Part shown: in pieces, positions 1-12,700 of the stretch | How the letters are laid out: every line of letters begins with the position of its first letter | Position numbering within the stretch: the stretch's first letter is position 1 | From: Podarcis muralis | Taxonomy: Eukaryota | Direction: 5' to 3' | NCBI RefSeq assembly: GCF_964188315.1 | Contig: NC_135664.1 | Location: forward strand, 27,528,001-27,592,000 | DNA length: 64,000 bases | The notes under the pieces: generated by a model | Seen by the model: only the letters and a program-made list of their open reading frames with translations | What the model was told of the DNA's origin: nothing | Database searches by the model: none | Position numbers and translations under genes: made by a program

Positions 1-827
1 AGACAATGTCTCCAATAGGGGCTTATATATTTATTAGGGATTGTGAGATTTAAATAATGCATTTTTAGCATGTAGATGGACTGGATCTCATTAGACAGTC
101 TTCTCTTATCATTATGGGATGTATAGAATCCAACTCATTCCCACAGCTGTTGGAGAGGATGGTTTATGGTTTTATTTGGCATTTGTTAACAATGTGCAAA
201 GATCAGCCATAAAGGAAAATGTGTTGGAGTAAATTAGTAAAAGAACAGGGCCATGATAATATCACACAAACCATGTGTGCATGTAAATTAATCTGCATTT
301 CTTTATTTAAACAAAACCACCTTAATTGCTTAATGTACTATGCAATGATAGTGTTTCCTGCAAGTCTGTCTGATCACAACATCTGCAATATTTTACAAAG
401 GCACACAGAGGCCTTGTTTGTATGAATGATGTTGATCTCATTACTGGGTACAAGTAGGCAGCTGATAGGGTATAGGGCAGCCCCACAATTGCCCATAGAG
501 GATAGCTTGGTTTTCTGCAACAACTGGAATACTTCCCAAGTTGGTCACCCAATGGAAGTGGGGAAATGAAAGATTTAGGGCAGAGGAGGGTATATAACAA
601 GCTTGCAGAATCTCTTAAAAACAAAGAAACCTACAACCAGGCCAGCTGCAGAACTATGGCTCAGATACAGCAACCATGGGGCAAAGCCAATGATCTGAGA
701 TGCCTTAGGAGTCATAAACTGGGACAGCTGTTCAGTGTCCCTCCACACAAAAGTCCACTCCTATCCCTGCCCCAGCATCTTCATATTTCTAATTTAGAGG
801 GGAGCAAGAGCCTTTTGCTCTTTTGTA

Positions 828-1203
828 GGGACGCGGGTGGTGCTGTGGGTAAAAGCCTCAGTGCCTAGGACTTGCCGATCGTCAGGTCGGCGGTTCGAAT
901 CCCCGTGGCGGGGTGCGCTCCCGTCGTTCGGTCCCAGCGCCTGCCAACCTAGCAGTTCGAAAGCACCCCCGGGTGCAAGTAGATAAATAGGGACCGCTTA
1001 CCAGCGGGAAGGTAAACGGCGTTCCGTGTGCTGCGCTGGCTCGCCAGATGCAGCTTTGTCACGCTGGCCATGTGACCCGAAAGTGTCTGCGGACAGCGCT
1101 GGCTCCTGGCCTATAGAGTGAGATGAGCACACAACCCTAGAGTCTGTCAAGACTGGCCCGTATGGGCAGGGGTACCTTTACCTTTACCTTTACCTTTACC
1201 TTT
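828..1203 (+). mobile_element. Sauria SINE (Squam1), subfamily ending GACTGGCCCGTA..GGGGTACC(TTTACC)n
   Basis: tRNA-like head GGGACGCGGGTGG...GGTTCGAATCCC and TTTACC tail. 13-bp TSD AAGAGCCTTTTGC at 806-818 and 1204-1216, with 9 extra nt (819-827) before the head. Confidence 0.93.
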
Positions 1204-1328
1204 AAGAGCCTTTTGCGATGTTGCTAACGTGAACCAACCGAGAGACGGAAACCTTTGCTGAGCTATTGCAAACCACCCACCGTTCTATAATTCTGTTTCT
1301 CTCTACTGTTTTCCTGCATACCTCCAGC

Positions 1329-1468
1329 CAGGGCTGTTTTCCCTCCAGCTGGAACTCACTGGAACTGAGTTCTGGCACCTCTCAGGTGGGCACCATTGCC
1401 AGTATAAGAGAAGAAGGCAGACGTTCATAATGAGTTCCAGCACCTCTTTTCCTAGAAAAATAACACTG
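1329..1468 (+). mobile_element. hAT-type MITE (CAGG/CAGTG...CACTG family)
   Basis: Homologous to 37555-37931 and, reversed, to 60665-60776. Flanking 8-mers CCTCCAGC / CCTCCAAT match 6/8. Confidence 0.7.
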
Positions 1469-1641
1469 CCTCCAATATTTTTTTAAAATATTTTTTTAAA
1501 AATAAATAAGTAAGTCAGCAAATGCCTGAGCTTGCCTCCTTGCTGTGGTTGGCCTTGTCACTTAAAATCAGCTTGTAGCTGCTTTGGGCTCAGGACTGTC
1601 ATTGCTCACAGGCAAAAGATAGGAAACGTCACCGCATAGTC

Positions 1642-1769
1642 CAGGCATAGGCAAACTCTGGCCCTCCAGATGTTTGGGACTACAATTCCCATCATCCCAG
1701 ACCTGTTAGCTAGGGATGATGGGAATTGTAGTCCCAAACATCTGGAGGGCCAGAGTTTGCCTATGCCTG
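1642..1769. mobile_element. Palindromic hAT MITE (URR1-like hairpin family), perfect copy
   Basis: 57-bp perfect inverted arms with a 14-nt loop. Perfect 8-bp TSD GCATAGTC (1634-1641, 1770-1777). Confidence 0.93.
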
Positions 1770-3162
1770 GCATAGTCTCTTCTTGCTTAAAATTCCATTT
1801 GTAAGTGCATGACATAGAATACAACACACAATTTGTAGTGCATGATAGACAGAATGTCTACTCACCTATGTGTCATAGGAAAGGAAAAGTTTGGTGGGGG
1901 GAGGAGAGAAACTGGAGTAAGGTAACTAATGAGATGTCTTTCTGTGAAAGTTTTAGAAAGTTGAGGGTCCGTTTTAGTGGAGAATCAAAAGAAAATTCTT
2001 TCCTCCTGTTAAGAATTTCTGTCACTTTCATTTTGGAATTCTAGGCTCGAATAGCATGGCTTGTCCGTCTGGCTAATCATTATTTTAACTTTAAAAAGGG
2101 GGGGGGAGGGGGAGTTTACAGCTGCTCTCATTTAGTCCACTGGGAATTTTGACAGAGCAGTGGGCAGACAGAAAGTCACTGCCAGAATTTCTTGTAGCTC
2201 AGCAGTGATAATTTCTCTCTCTCTCTCCTGAAAATGCCCATTCGAAATGGAAGGAATAATGTTTTTTTCCATGGTTTTCTTTAACCAGCTGGCAACCTGG
2301 ACTGATGATGAATTGTAAGGCATCAAATTAGTCTCAGTATAGTTTGGGGAGAAAGATACTGTGTAGTGGTAGATTACCATCATTTCCTTTTCCTATAATT
2401 TGTTTGAGGTGAGGCGGGGATTATTTCTCAATGCGTGCATGCCAAAAATTAATTAAGCATTAAGACATGACAGGCCGTGCAATTCTGGCTGATTGCTGAA
2501 TGGCTCAGCTGCTGCAATAAGTCACAAGTTAATGGCTTGAACCACCTGAAAAGTCACAATGAACTCCCTACAGATTCATGGTCTGGAGTGAGTACCTGAT
2601 CTTTCAGTGCTTGTGTAGACAAAATATGGGGCTTGGGATATTAGACACTCATTTTTATAAAATGAACTGTTCATGTTATGACATCAGTGACAGGCGTATC
2701 TGATAGCCATATTTGCATCTGCAGTTCCCATGTCCCACTCTAAGGAAAGGGAGATCGGGATACAGGACATATATAACTTTATCTGACACAAGGTATAAGA
2801 GGGTAAGAAGAAGCTGACTAGGATTTATATTGATGTGATACACCGAAACCTACCCGTTTACCATCGTGTGATGCATGTGAGCAACAGAGTGAGTGTGTGA
2901 GAAATCTCACAATCTCTAGAGTTCATTGCTGGTGGACTCAGGATATTTTACTGGGATAAATCGACCCCTACATTAACGTTGTTCTTGCATTGTGAATTCT
3001 TGCTGGTTTCCAAGATATTCTGCATGGTTAAAGGCATATCATACCGGTTCTCTTGTCCTTTTCTCCTGAGCCAATTCGATGCTATCATATACTTGCATGA
3101 AATGCGTGCGTTATATATACTATTTCTGGAAGCCTCGTCTCACTGTTGGGGAACCTCTTGAC

Positions 3163-3286
3163 CTGGGGTTCTCCAGCTGTTTTTGGACTACAGTTCCCAT
3201 CATCCCTGACCACTGGTCTTGCTAGCTAGGGATGATGGGAGTTGTAGTCCAATAACTGCTGGAAACCCAAGTTTGGGAAACCCTGG
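3163..3286. mobile_element. Palindromic hAT MITE, left end truncated
   Basis: CCAGCTGTTTTTGGACTACAGTTCCCATCATCCC...GGGATGATGGGAGTTGTAGTCC...GGGAAACCCTG, the same family as 1642 and 9378. Confidence 0.85.
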
Positions 3287-3612
3287 TCTAGCCCATGGGT
3301 TTCAAGTAACTGAACCATGGGAACCACTAATAGAGACTCCGCCAGGATCTCAGTGATTGGGCAGGGATATAAGGAATCAGGTGGCCCTGAAGGTATTTTG
3401 GACCTAAGTTGTTAAGAGACTTGTAAGCTAATGCAAGGACCTTGAACCTGGCCTGGTAACATATGGGCAGCCAGTACAAGCTTATGACACTGGTGTCATG
3501 TGCTAGCAGTAGTCTGTCCCTGCCAGTGGTTGGAGCTTCTGGACCAGGTACAAGTATAGCTGCACAGAGGGTGGCTTTTGCTTTGCTGAGTTGGGGTACT
3601 ATCCCTTGGGAA

Positions 3613-3967
3613 AAGGTAAAGGTAAAGGGACCCCTGACCGTTAGGTCCAGTCACGGATGACTCTGGAGTTGCGGCGCTCATCTCGCTTTATTGGCCGAGG
3701 GAGCCAGCGTACAGCTTCCGGGTCATGTGGCCAGTGTGACTAAGCCGCTTCTGGTGAACCAGAGCAGTGCACAGAAACACCGTTTACCTTCCCGCCGGAG
3801 CGGTACCTATTGATCTACTTGCACTTTGATGTGCTTTCGAACTGCTAGGTTCGTAGGAGCACGGACCGAGCAACAGGAGCTCACCCTGTCGCGGGGATTC
3901 AAACCGCCGACCTTCTGATCAGCAAGCCCTAGGCTCTTCGGTTTAACCCACAGCGCCACCTGCGTCC
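3613..3967 (-). mobile_element. Sauria SINE (Squam1), subfamily ending GGACCTAATGGTCAGGGGTCCC
   Basis: Reverse-complement homologue of 6454-6811. AAGGTAAAGGTAAAGG tail at left. Imperfect TSD ATCCCTTGGGA / ATCCACTGGGA. Confidence 0.92.
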
Positions 3968-6453
3968 ACATCCACTGGGAAGTCCTAAGTAAATGGATGT
4001 AAGTGCACAAAAGAACAGAAGCATTGTGTGGGTTGCATTTATGTTAAATGTTCCTGCTCTGGAGATCTGGCTAAAACACAGCTGTAGTTGGCAATGGTTT
4101 TCTAGAAACATAAACAAGTGGGGGGAAATGAAGCTTTTTAATGTACATTGCCAATGCTGTATTTTTAAAAAAATGTATTTTATTGGTTGTTGGTTTTTAA
4201 AATAACATGGAATAACAATCCCCCCACCCAACGTTACCCCCCTACTACCCCCACCCTCCAAACACAGGTTTCCTATGGGAAAATGCTGCATCGGGTGCGA
4301 GTCCAGTGGGTGCCCTTGTGAATGATAGTCTGTTGAGTGTGTAATGAAAGGATTCCATTTCGCTATAAAGTTATCTCTTCTCCTTTTCTGGCTAATGCCT
4401 TAGGTAATTTTTCAAACAAGTGTCCATGTTTTCTGTTTCTGCTGTGATAGCTGCAAATGCTCTGGAGACTTCTAGTTTTGAGCAATGAGTTGTCTAGCAG
4501 CTACTAAAAGGAAGGCGATTATTTCTTTATATCTCAAATTAACAGCCCATGTTGTATTTCATTACTGCCACGGTTTCAATATTATTGTGATCAGACTAGG
4601 CAGAATCCCAAAGAGCAAAAGAAGGGAGAAGTTTCATGACACAAGGGAACTTTCTAAATGGCTGAGTTAAACGTTTGGTCAAGGCTGCCACCAGCACCTG
4701 AGAGCTTGTGAAAGCCGGTCAGCTGAAATGTTAGCCTTTGTTCTCCTATTCTGCCATTTTTATGGGGATATAAAGTCCCATTTCATCTCACCAGTATTTT
4801 TGCATCACTTGGGGAATTTTACATTTCCGTTTTAATGGCAGAGTCTAATCCCAAGACCACAGAAAATATAGCCAACTTCTTTTCTGTAGCTGTCAAAACC
4901 AGGCTGCAATTATGAAAGGGAAGATGAGTTCTAAGTTTAAAACTATTTGCTTGTATTTTAACGTATTTCTTTTTGCTATAGCCTCATTTTAAAAGGCACA
5001 ATTTATGTTCATGTCTTTTGCCTTTTTACAATTATTATTTCTGACTGTGGTGGTCTTGAAAGCCCTATACAGTACCCTGTTTGATGTTTATGGGCTGTAG
5101 ACCAAAAAAAATGTTGAACTTGACTTGATTTGTTTAATGACTATACCAGAGGCCAAACTAGATGTTACATAGAGATGCATGGACATTAGCCATTCTAGCA
5201 GCCAGTAGGGTAGGATAATGTTGCTTACTTGGCCTCCTATCACCTGTGTCACTGTGGATTAACAAGAGGGAGAAGAGAAGGGGTGAAGTTGGTGGGAGCA
5301 CAGGATTAGCTCTGCTGGTGCATTTGCACTGCACTAACCTCACCTCTCGCCCTCCCAGTAAGCTGTAGTGACTCTGGTGACAGGAGCTTAGGTAAGTTCC
5401 ACCACCCTCCAACTGCTACCACTACCAGCCCTTTTAACAGGAGATAACACTTCTGGTAGCACAATCGGAACTGGCGAGGTGATTGAGAAAGAGGCTCTTA
5501 TTCTTTCCATAGCTACTATTTCCTCTTTTAAATCCCCTGCCTCTAAAACCGACTCTCCCACCACACAGGATTTAAAATGCAGATTTATGCACAATTGGAA
5601 TTCCATGCAATGCATCTTGGGAATTCAATTTGGAATGGCGGAATGCCTTGCAGACAAAAGGTTAAGCACTTTCTCTTCTGCTGCTTTTCCAGTCCAGATT
5701 TTCGAAATGGAAGTGACTCCTCCTGTTTTAAAAAGAGTCATTGGGTAACCTTGAATCTAGCATCTACATGTAAGAGGAACTATATATTCTCAAACATCTG
5801 GCATTAGAAATTCAACCACTGGGAGAGCTGAGAGCTGGGCTAGGATGCAACAGCACTCAAATGGCATCATATTTTCTCCAGTACTCAATCTGCCTTCTAG
5901 TTTAACCAGGAAACATTTATAGTCCTTCCAGGAGAAGGAAGATCAGTGGCCAACCTGAATGAATGGAAACATTCTAGAAGTTCCAGAAGATTTCACTGCC
6001 CAGTGAATAATCTGATCTATATCCTGAGGACATATTGCATAAGACAGAAGCAAACAGACCCAGGGGTTCCACCTCCTAGCTCTAGCCTCAAAGGCCCCAG
6101 ACACATTGACAATGGCTCCTGACAATGCCATGGTTAACTTGTTGAATTCTCAACCCCAAGATGTGGGCTTGACTTTTGTAAAGGACGAGAACTCTTGGGA
6201 AGTAATCATTTGCACAGTTAGAGCTGTAGTAACAAACTGGACTCTCCAAGTCCACGGATAGTATTCCTGTAAATATAATCTGCTGGGGGCAAGAAAATGA
6301 ACAAACAAACAAACAAACAAACAGGGAAGAATCATTGCCTTGTGGGATTCCTAGAGGCATCTGGTTGGTCATTATTGGAAACAATACCTGTATTAGATAG
6401 TCTCTTGGTTTGTTCCAGCAGGTTAATTGTTACTAATGTTCTTATGTGTACGT

Positions 6454-6811
6454 GGACGCGGGTGGCGCTGTGGGTTAAACCACAGAGCCTAGGACTTGCC
6501 GATCAGAAGGTCGGCGGTTCGAATCCCGTGATGGGGTGAGCTCCCGTTGCTCGGTCCCTGCTCCTGCCAACCTAGCAGTTCGAAAGCACGTCAAAGTGCA
6601 AGTAGATAAATATGTACCGCTCCGGCGGGAAGGTAAATGGCATTTCCGTGCGCTGCTCTGGTTTGCCAGAAGTGGCTTAGTCATGCTGGCCACATGACCC
6701 GGAAGCTGTACGCCGGCTCCCTCGGCCAATAAAGCGAGATGAGCGCCGCAACCCCAGAGTCGGTCACGACTGGACCTAATGGTCAGGGGTCCCTTTACCT
6801 TTACCTTTACC
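6454..6811 (+). mobile_element. Sauria SINE (Squam1), full length
   Basis: GGACGCGGGTGGCGCTGTGGG head, B-box GGTTCGAATCC and (TTTACC)n tail. Confidence 0.93.
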
Positions 6812-9377
6812 CATGCCCACCTACCCCTTTCATTTCGCTGATGAGGCAGCTTGCAAAAACATACTGCCATTTACATGGGTTCCAGTGTACTCCCTCCCAC
6901 CACTACTGTTTAAAGCTGAGTACACATGACGTTAGCCGCAATCCATCTGTATCCCGTCGTTTCTCGAGAAACGCTGATGTTTGGCATATTTCCACACAAA
7001 CCAGCTTTCGTCAGATTTGAAAATGTATGCCACGGTTAAGTTGAAATGTGTACATTTTAGAAATCCATTGCACATGCTCAGAGCAAGACATCGTTGAATA
7101 GGAGTCTGGGGAGCGGTTGCCAACGTGAGCAATCTTATCAGGTAAAGGTGTATACGGTGATATTAAATGTGATTCAGAACGCAGTAGTGGTGGTGGGGGA
7201 AACCCCCTCTGTAGTTTAAGCTGCTAATATGTTCATGCCCAAAGTGAGTGAAAAAACTTGCATGCACAGTTGCAAAGACAGGCTGTGAATCAAGGTATCA
7301 GGACCCTAATCCATTGCAACGGAACTTCTAGAACATCAGTATCCATGCTTACATTCTGGATTATGGTCTCTGCTGTCTAATTCTAACTGAGCCACTAAAT
7401 TTATTTGTGTTAGCATCAATTCCATGTGTATGTTCTTTCACTTACTTTTCAGTATCAATTGTTTTAGAAATACATAGAAAAGTCAACATCTTCTACTCTA
7501 ATAGAACATTCAAATATACATAATTAGGAAGATGTGTGTGTGTGTCAAAAACACACGCACCAAAAGAAAAGATCTTAGCGCAACAAGTGCAATTATGGAT
7601 TCAGCAATCAAGACAGTATTTAATTACTGCACCAAGGCACAAGACTGTTATCCTTTTATGGGTGTCTTCCAATTTGATTATAGAACTCTTTGAAAGTTTC
7701 TTGTCAGAAGCTAGATGGATAACTTGCTCTGTAGATGGATGAGTCTTTCCTGATAGAAGCTGCAATTTAGGTTTCGGACCATACATCATCTGTAATTGAC
7801 AGGCAGGTAGTCCCAGCACAAGAATAATCAAAACAGAGTACAAAGTAATGAATCTGAAGTAAAATGCTACCAATACAATTTGGCTAAAAGTAATTAATTC
7901 AATTTGCATTTTTGAGTAGAGATATATTCTCCTTGCAGCTTTTAACGTTTCTTTGTTGTCGTGAACTTGGCTAAATCTCTGTCAAGCCAAAGTATTCCAA
8001 CAGTGTTTTGATTTATGTACTAAGGGTTTTATAATTTCCAATAAAAAAAATGCTTTCTCAAGGGAGTTGGTTAATGTGGTGATTAAAGGCAACCTATCAA
8101 GTGATTTCTTACTAACAGCAGGTGGGCGGGGAAACAGAGCAAACGGAAAACATGATTGTTTTTCTCTCAGATTCTCTTATTGAAAAGAACACAGCTGTCT
8201 GCACAAGTCAGAACATAGAAACTGCTAGCTAATATCCCATACAGATATCTATATTCAGGAGTGTGAAAGCCCATTTTAATTAAAGTGCTGTACCTTTGTT
8301 TATACAACAAACATATCATTTGCTTGTTGAAAAGCTTTGCCCCAAACCAAAGACACATAGATGAAAGAATACAATGCTCTAAACATTGTGTTTCATTGCA
8401 ACTGATACCTGAAAACCTTGCATGATGGATTTAATACCAACAATGTACATATCATGTTCTCTCTATGATGTTGTTTGCTGCTGATTATGTACGCTGCTGA
8501 TTATGTAGCAATCAATGACATGTTTTAAATTGGTATTGTAGGTTAGTGGAACACTGTCCCATAAGAAGAAAAAGGAAAGATTCATAATGGTAAGACATTA
8601 TATTATACCAAATAATATTTCTATATGGTACAGTGTTAGAAACTCAGATATATAATCTAATCACCAAATCGCACCTTAAAAGTGGGCTGCAGTCACCACA
8701 ATAGAATGTCTAGGTGCCATTCCCCAGTGGGATTTATTGCTGCTAATATTATTATTATTATTCAATTCTATTTGTATACCACTTTGTATTTTAAAGAACA
8801 AATCTCATAGCAGTTTACCACCCATTAAAACGTCAAATAAAACAACCCAGAATAAAACGAATTCAAGCTTCAAGGAAAATATTTCAGATCCTTCTCTAAG
8901 TGACATTCTGCTTTCCCCAGTCACCAACCTGGTCACAATTGGACCCGCACCAGTCACAAAATGTGGCTGGCTAATTTTGAACACTAGTTGGGGATCTACA
9001 CTGTTCTAGGCTGGAGTCATTTTGAAGAACTCTAATGGCAGCCCAGAACCAGAGGTGCAGTCTTCCTGATTTCTGAAGCAAGGGCTGCTTTAACAAAGGT
9101 CTAACTTGTATGCCACACTAAACCAAACTATGCTTTTGCAAGACTGCAGTAGCATCTGAACTCCTAGAGAGGAGTTTAAGTGTTTTACTCCCTGGTATTT
9201 TAAACTCCTCTGCCATGCTTAGCCAAGCCAAGCCAAGCCAAGCCTGAGTGTGTTATCCTTGCTAACTGTCTTTACTCCGATGACTCAGGCAAATGAACTG
9301 AGTAATTTCAAAGTGGGGATTCAGTGTGTAACAGCTAGATGACAATTCATCAAGAAGCTCAACTCTATCATTTAGGG

Positions 9378-9513
9378 CAGGCATCCCCAAACTAGGTCCT
9401 CAAGCTGTTTTGGGACCACGATTCCCATCATCCCTGACCACTGGTCCTGTTATCTAGGGATGATGGGAGTTGTAGTCCCAAAACAGCTGGAGGACCAAGT
9501 TTGGGGATGCCTG
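9378..9513. mobile_element. Palindromic hAT MITE
   Basis: TIR CAGGCATCCCCAAAC / GTTTGGGGATGCCTG. Perfect 8-bp TSD ATTTAGGG (9370-9377, 9514-9521). Confidence 0.92.
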
Positions 9514-9759
9514 ATTTAGGGACTGAATACAGGCAATGGACTCTACCGCTGTAAAAATGGATTAACTTAGCATTGTCCAGTTATTTTATTTTTATTTTAT
9601 TAGTAACAAATAAGTACAATACAAAATGCTACCCAGACATGATTTTTATATGAGTATAATTAAATCTGCCTATAATATATAACAGCCTTTACAAAACTTG
9701 ATTAATTTCTGGAAATGCTATGTAAATTTATATAAACATTTCTCTATTTCATTGAATAA

Positions 9760-9765
<6 letters not shown>

Positions 9766-9802
<37 letters not shown>
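9766..9802. repeat. (CA)n microsatellite
   Basis: Directly visible. Confidence 0.95.
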
Positions 9803-9806
<4 letters not shown>

Positions 9807-10932
9807 CAAAACTAAAGAAGATACCAAACAATTCATTTCTATCTTATTTATTTATGTCTTTGTTTTCATGTCTATGTCAAGCTGATTTTTTAAAAAATCA
9901 CTTATCAATGCTGTTAGTAAAGGGTCACAGTGCTTCTTTTGCATACATTCAAATTGTGTTCTACTATAAAAGAAGACAAAGGAACACATGTTTGGGTTAA
10001 TTGGTGGATCCTGGGGCTGAAAAGGTTGACGATTGCTGCTATGGGAAGAAAGAGAGAGTGAAATCATTGAGAATCTCAGGCCAACTAGCATGAAGAACAA
10101 TATGACCCACTGTGAATTGTCATTCTGAAAGATAGAGACTTTTCCTATGGATTCCTGCCCCATTACAATATTTTTTTTTGTACTTTGATGCATCAGCACA
10201 TGCAAATAAGGGTGCAAGAGCACAGTTCTCTGTGTCCTAGAGTGTAGGCTGGGCTCCCAGTCTTGCAGCTGATCAGCAGAAAGTACAACGCCCAGCAAAG
10301 GTGGGAGTCAAAATCATCAGCAGCTGTGGAAACAAGAAGCTGACAGCGAACTTTTTAAAGAAGCACTGAACTTGGTTGACCCTGACCACACAAACAGGAC
10401 TACCTAGTTCAATGTGAAGTGTGGATTAGAGGAGGACTAAGCTGGATACACATTGGAGGCAGTAGCTGGAAAATCCAATATATTAAAATGCTTAGCGTAC
10501 AAAGTCATCCTGAACGTCCTGTTGTCACAACCAAACAGCCAAATCATAAGTCAGGCTTGAACAACTTCAAGAGAGTTGCCCTTATCCCCACTGTGCTGAA
10601 ATCACTGTCTTTTCAGGAACGTCTCTGTGTATTTGTGTGTGCATATCTTCATAATACACCCCAATGGCAGCTAGGGATGAAAGGATCTATCAACTTCTCT
10701 CAGTTTCTCATTTTTCCAGGCTTAAACTCAGTTCTCTGCATTTTGCAGCAATTTGTGACTTTTTAAAAAAATCTTCGTGAAAATTCACGAATAATAACTG
10801 CCACTCTGGGCAGCTTACAGTACATATAAAAAGATACAAAACACCAGACTTTAAAAACTTGCCAATTTTAGTTCACATTTCTGTTAATAAACATGTTTTT
10901 AGTTGCAGTTTTAACCAATGCACACAGTTTTG

Positions 10933-11839
10933 ATTATTATTATTATCAAAGATTTCTTGGTTTGCAAAAATACATGCATTGTATCTTTTTTCAAGATGTG
11001 TTTTCTACAGATCAGTTTCATTTGTCGTGAGACATTAGTGTTGCATGCAGTATTAGGTTGGGAAGAAAAGAGGAGGAAAGGGGGAGGGGGATAGTGAGTG
11101 GGGTGAGGTGGGGTGGTAATGCTTCTATTCTTCCACTTAGTGTATGTGTGGGGTTTTGTGTCAGTGTCAGTTGTATGGGTTCTCTTGCTATTCACTTGTT
11201 GTATTTCCTTGGTGGTGAGAGAGGTTGGGGTGGTGGTGGCCTAGGCTGTGGTTGGTTGTCTTTGGTTGGCTGTAGTGAGATTTGTTTATGTGTGTGAGTG
11301 TGTGGGGTGTGTGTGTGTGTAGTATTTTTCGATCAAGTTAGCCAGATTGATTCATATGCTGTCGGTGGATTCTTGTTGTTTTCTTGTTGGGCTATGTATG
11401 TGATAAAGGAGAACCATACCAGGGTGAACGGCTAAGGGAGCTGGGCATGTTTAGCCTGGAGAAGAGGAGGTTAAGGGGTGATATGATAGCCATGTTCAAA
11501 TATATAAAAGGATGTCATATAGAGGAGGGAGAAAGGTTGCTTTCTGCTGCTCCAGAGAAGCGGACACGGAGCAATGGATCCAAACTACAAGAAAGAAGAT
11601 TCCACCTAAACATTAGGAAGAACTTCCTGACAGTAAGAGCTGTTCGACAGTGGAATTTGCTGCCAAGGAGTGTGGTGGAGTCTCCTTCTTTGGAGGTCTT
11701 TAAGCAGAGGCTTGACAACCATATGTCAGGAGTGCTCTGATGGTGTTTCCTGCTTGGCAGGGGGTTGGATTCGATTACCCTTGTGGTCTATTCCAACTCT
11801 ATGATTCTATGAAGGCGTCTTCTTCTATTTGTCCCCGTG
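10933..11839 (-). mobile_element. L1-clade LINE 3' end (ORF2 C-terminus + 3' UTR), split by a CR1
   Basis: 15-bp TSD ATGCACACAGTTTTG at 10918-10932 and 11840-11854. Removing the CR1 restores RGQIEEDAFTLVWFSFITYIAQQENNKNPPTAYESIWLT* on the minus strand. (AAT)n tail. The clade call rests on the W..F..Y C-terminal pattern. Confidence 0.75.
11426..11812 (+). mobile_element. CR1 LINE 3' end (5'-truncated)
   Basis: ORF2 end ERLRELGMFSLEKRRLRGDMIAMFKYIKGCH...VFKQRLDNHMSGVL* and CR1 octamer tail (ATTCTATG)n. TGAA is present at both junctions. Confidence 0.96.
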
Positions 11840-12115
11840 ATGCACACAGTTTTGCAATTGACGCCTGCTAATAATGCATTCTTGCATGTTATTTTCATCA
11901 ATATATTCATTTTTGTGCACACTTTCCCCATATATATGCTTTAACATGTTTTTTAAAAAACATTACTTAGTTGGTGAACTGCATAGCAAAATTCAGATAA
12001 GGGTGAATTTCGAACGACAGCTGCGTTTCAGTTCGAATACAGTTTTGAGAAGAGCGAATTTGTTAGACTCAGTTTCAACGAGTTGTGAAATGAATTTCTT
12101 CCCCATCCCTGATGG

Positions 12116-12226
12116 CAGCTTTCCCCAACCTGTTGCCTTCCAGTTGTTCTGAACTACAGCAGCTGTACTGGCAAGGGCTGATGGGAGTTGTAGTCTAAAG
12201 GGTCTGGCAGACACCAGGTGGGGAGG
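12116..12226. mobile_element. Degenerate palindromic hAT MITE
   Basis: CAGCTTTCCCCAACCTG...GATGGGAGTTGTAGTC...CCAGGTGGGGA resembles the 1642/9378 family. Confidence 0.6.
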
Positions 12227-12556
12227 AGGAGTATTCTAAGGCATCACACCAGCCTTATTTTGTTTATCTAGCCTGGGATCCATAAAAGGGCTGTAAGTGT
12301 GTAAGGGATCCCCACACATAGACAGAGAGTATAATTTCACCTGTTCTGTTACTGCACAGTTTCCCACTGCCCAAGCAGCAAGATGCTTCTCACATTTCAC
12401 AAGCAAGGACAGTGAGGGAACAGAAAGAGCAAGAGAGGGCCAAATTAAGCAACCTGTAAATTGCACCTGTCTGATTGCTTAAAAAAGACTTTCCCCCCAT
12501 CAGTCCATATCTCTTCATATGCTATTTTAGTTTGCATAATGCTTGACCCATTCTCA

Positions 12557-12597
<41 letters not shown>

Positions 12598-12700
12598 ATA
12601 ATAATAATAATAATTTATTATTTATACCCCGCCCACCTGGCTGGGTTTTTCCAGCCACTCTGGGCGGCTTCCAACAGAATATTAAAATACAATAACCTCC
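12557..12700 (-). mobile_element. L2-type LINE 3' tail fragment with (TAG)n(TAA)n compound microsatellite
   Basis: TTTATACCCCGCCCACCTGGCTGGG...CCAGCCACTCTGGGCGGCTTCCAAC. Homologous tails occur at 14622, 58985 and 61055. Confidence 0.75.

Larger units (their letters stand above)
10672..12111. mobile_element. Old non-autonomous hAT element (TAGGGATG...CATCCCTG), interrupted by LINE fragments
   Basis: Terminal inverted 8-mers. Perfect 8-bp TSD ATGGCAGC at 10664-10671 and 12112-12119. AT-rich body continues on both sides of the L1 insert. Confidence 0.8.

Noticed and set aside
4267-4325. Cys-rich mini-ORF MGKCCIGCESSGCPCE (metallothionein-like)
   Set aside because: It is only 16 codons, lacks the conserved metallothionein spacing, and has no promoter or exon support.
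6838-6870. Other CTGATGA occurrences (2302, 6838, 23029, 34213, 47879, 52171) as hammerheads
   Set aside because: None is followed by a stem II, GAAA and UH in the correct geometry.
11426-11430. Head-to-head L1/CR1 chimeric retrotranscript
   Set aside because: The L1 sequence and reading frame resume after the CR1 (11813-11839) before the L1 TSD, so this is simple nesting.
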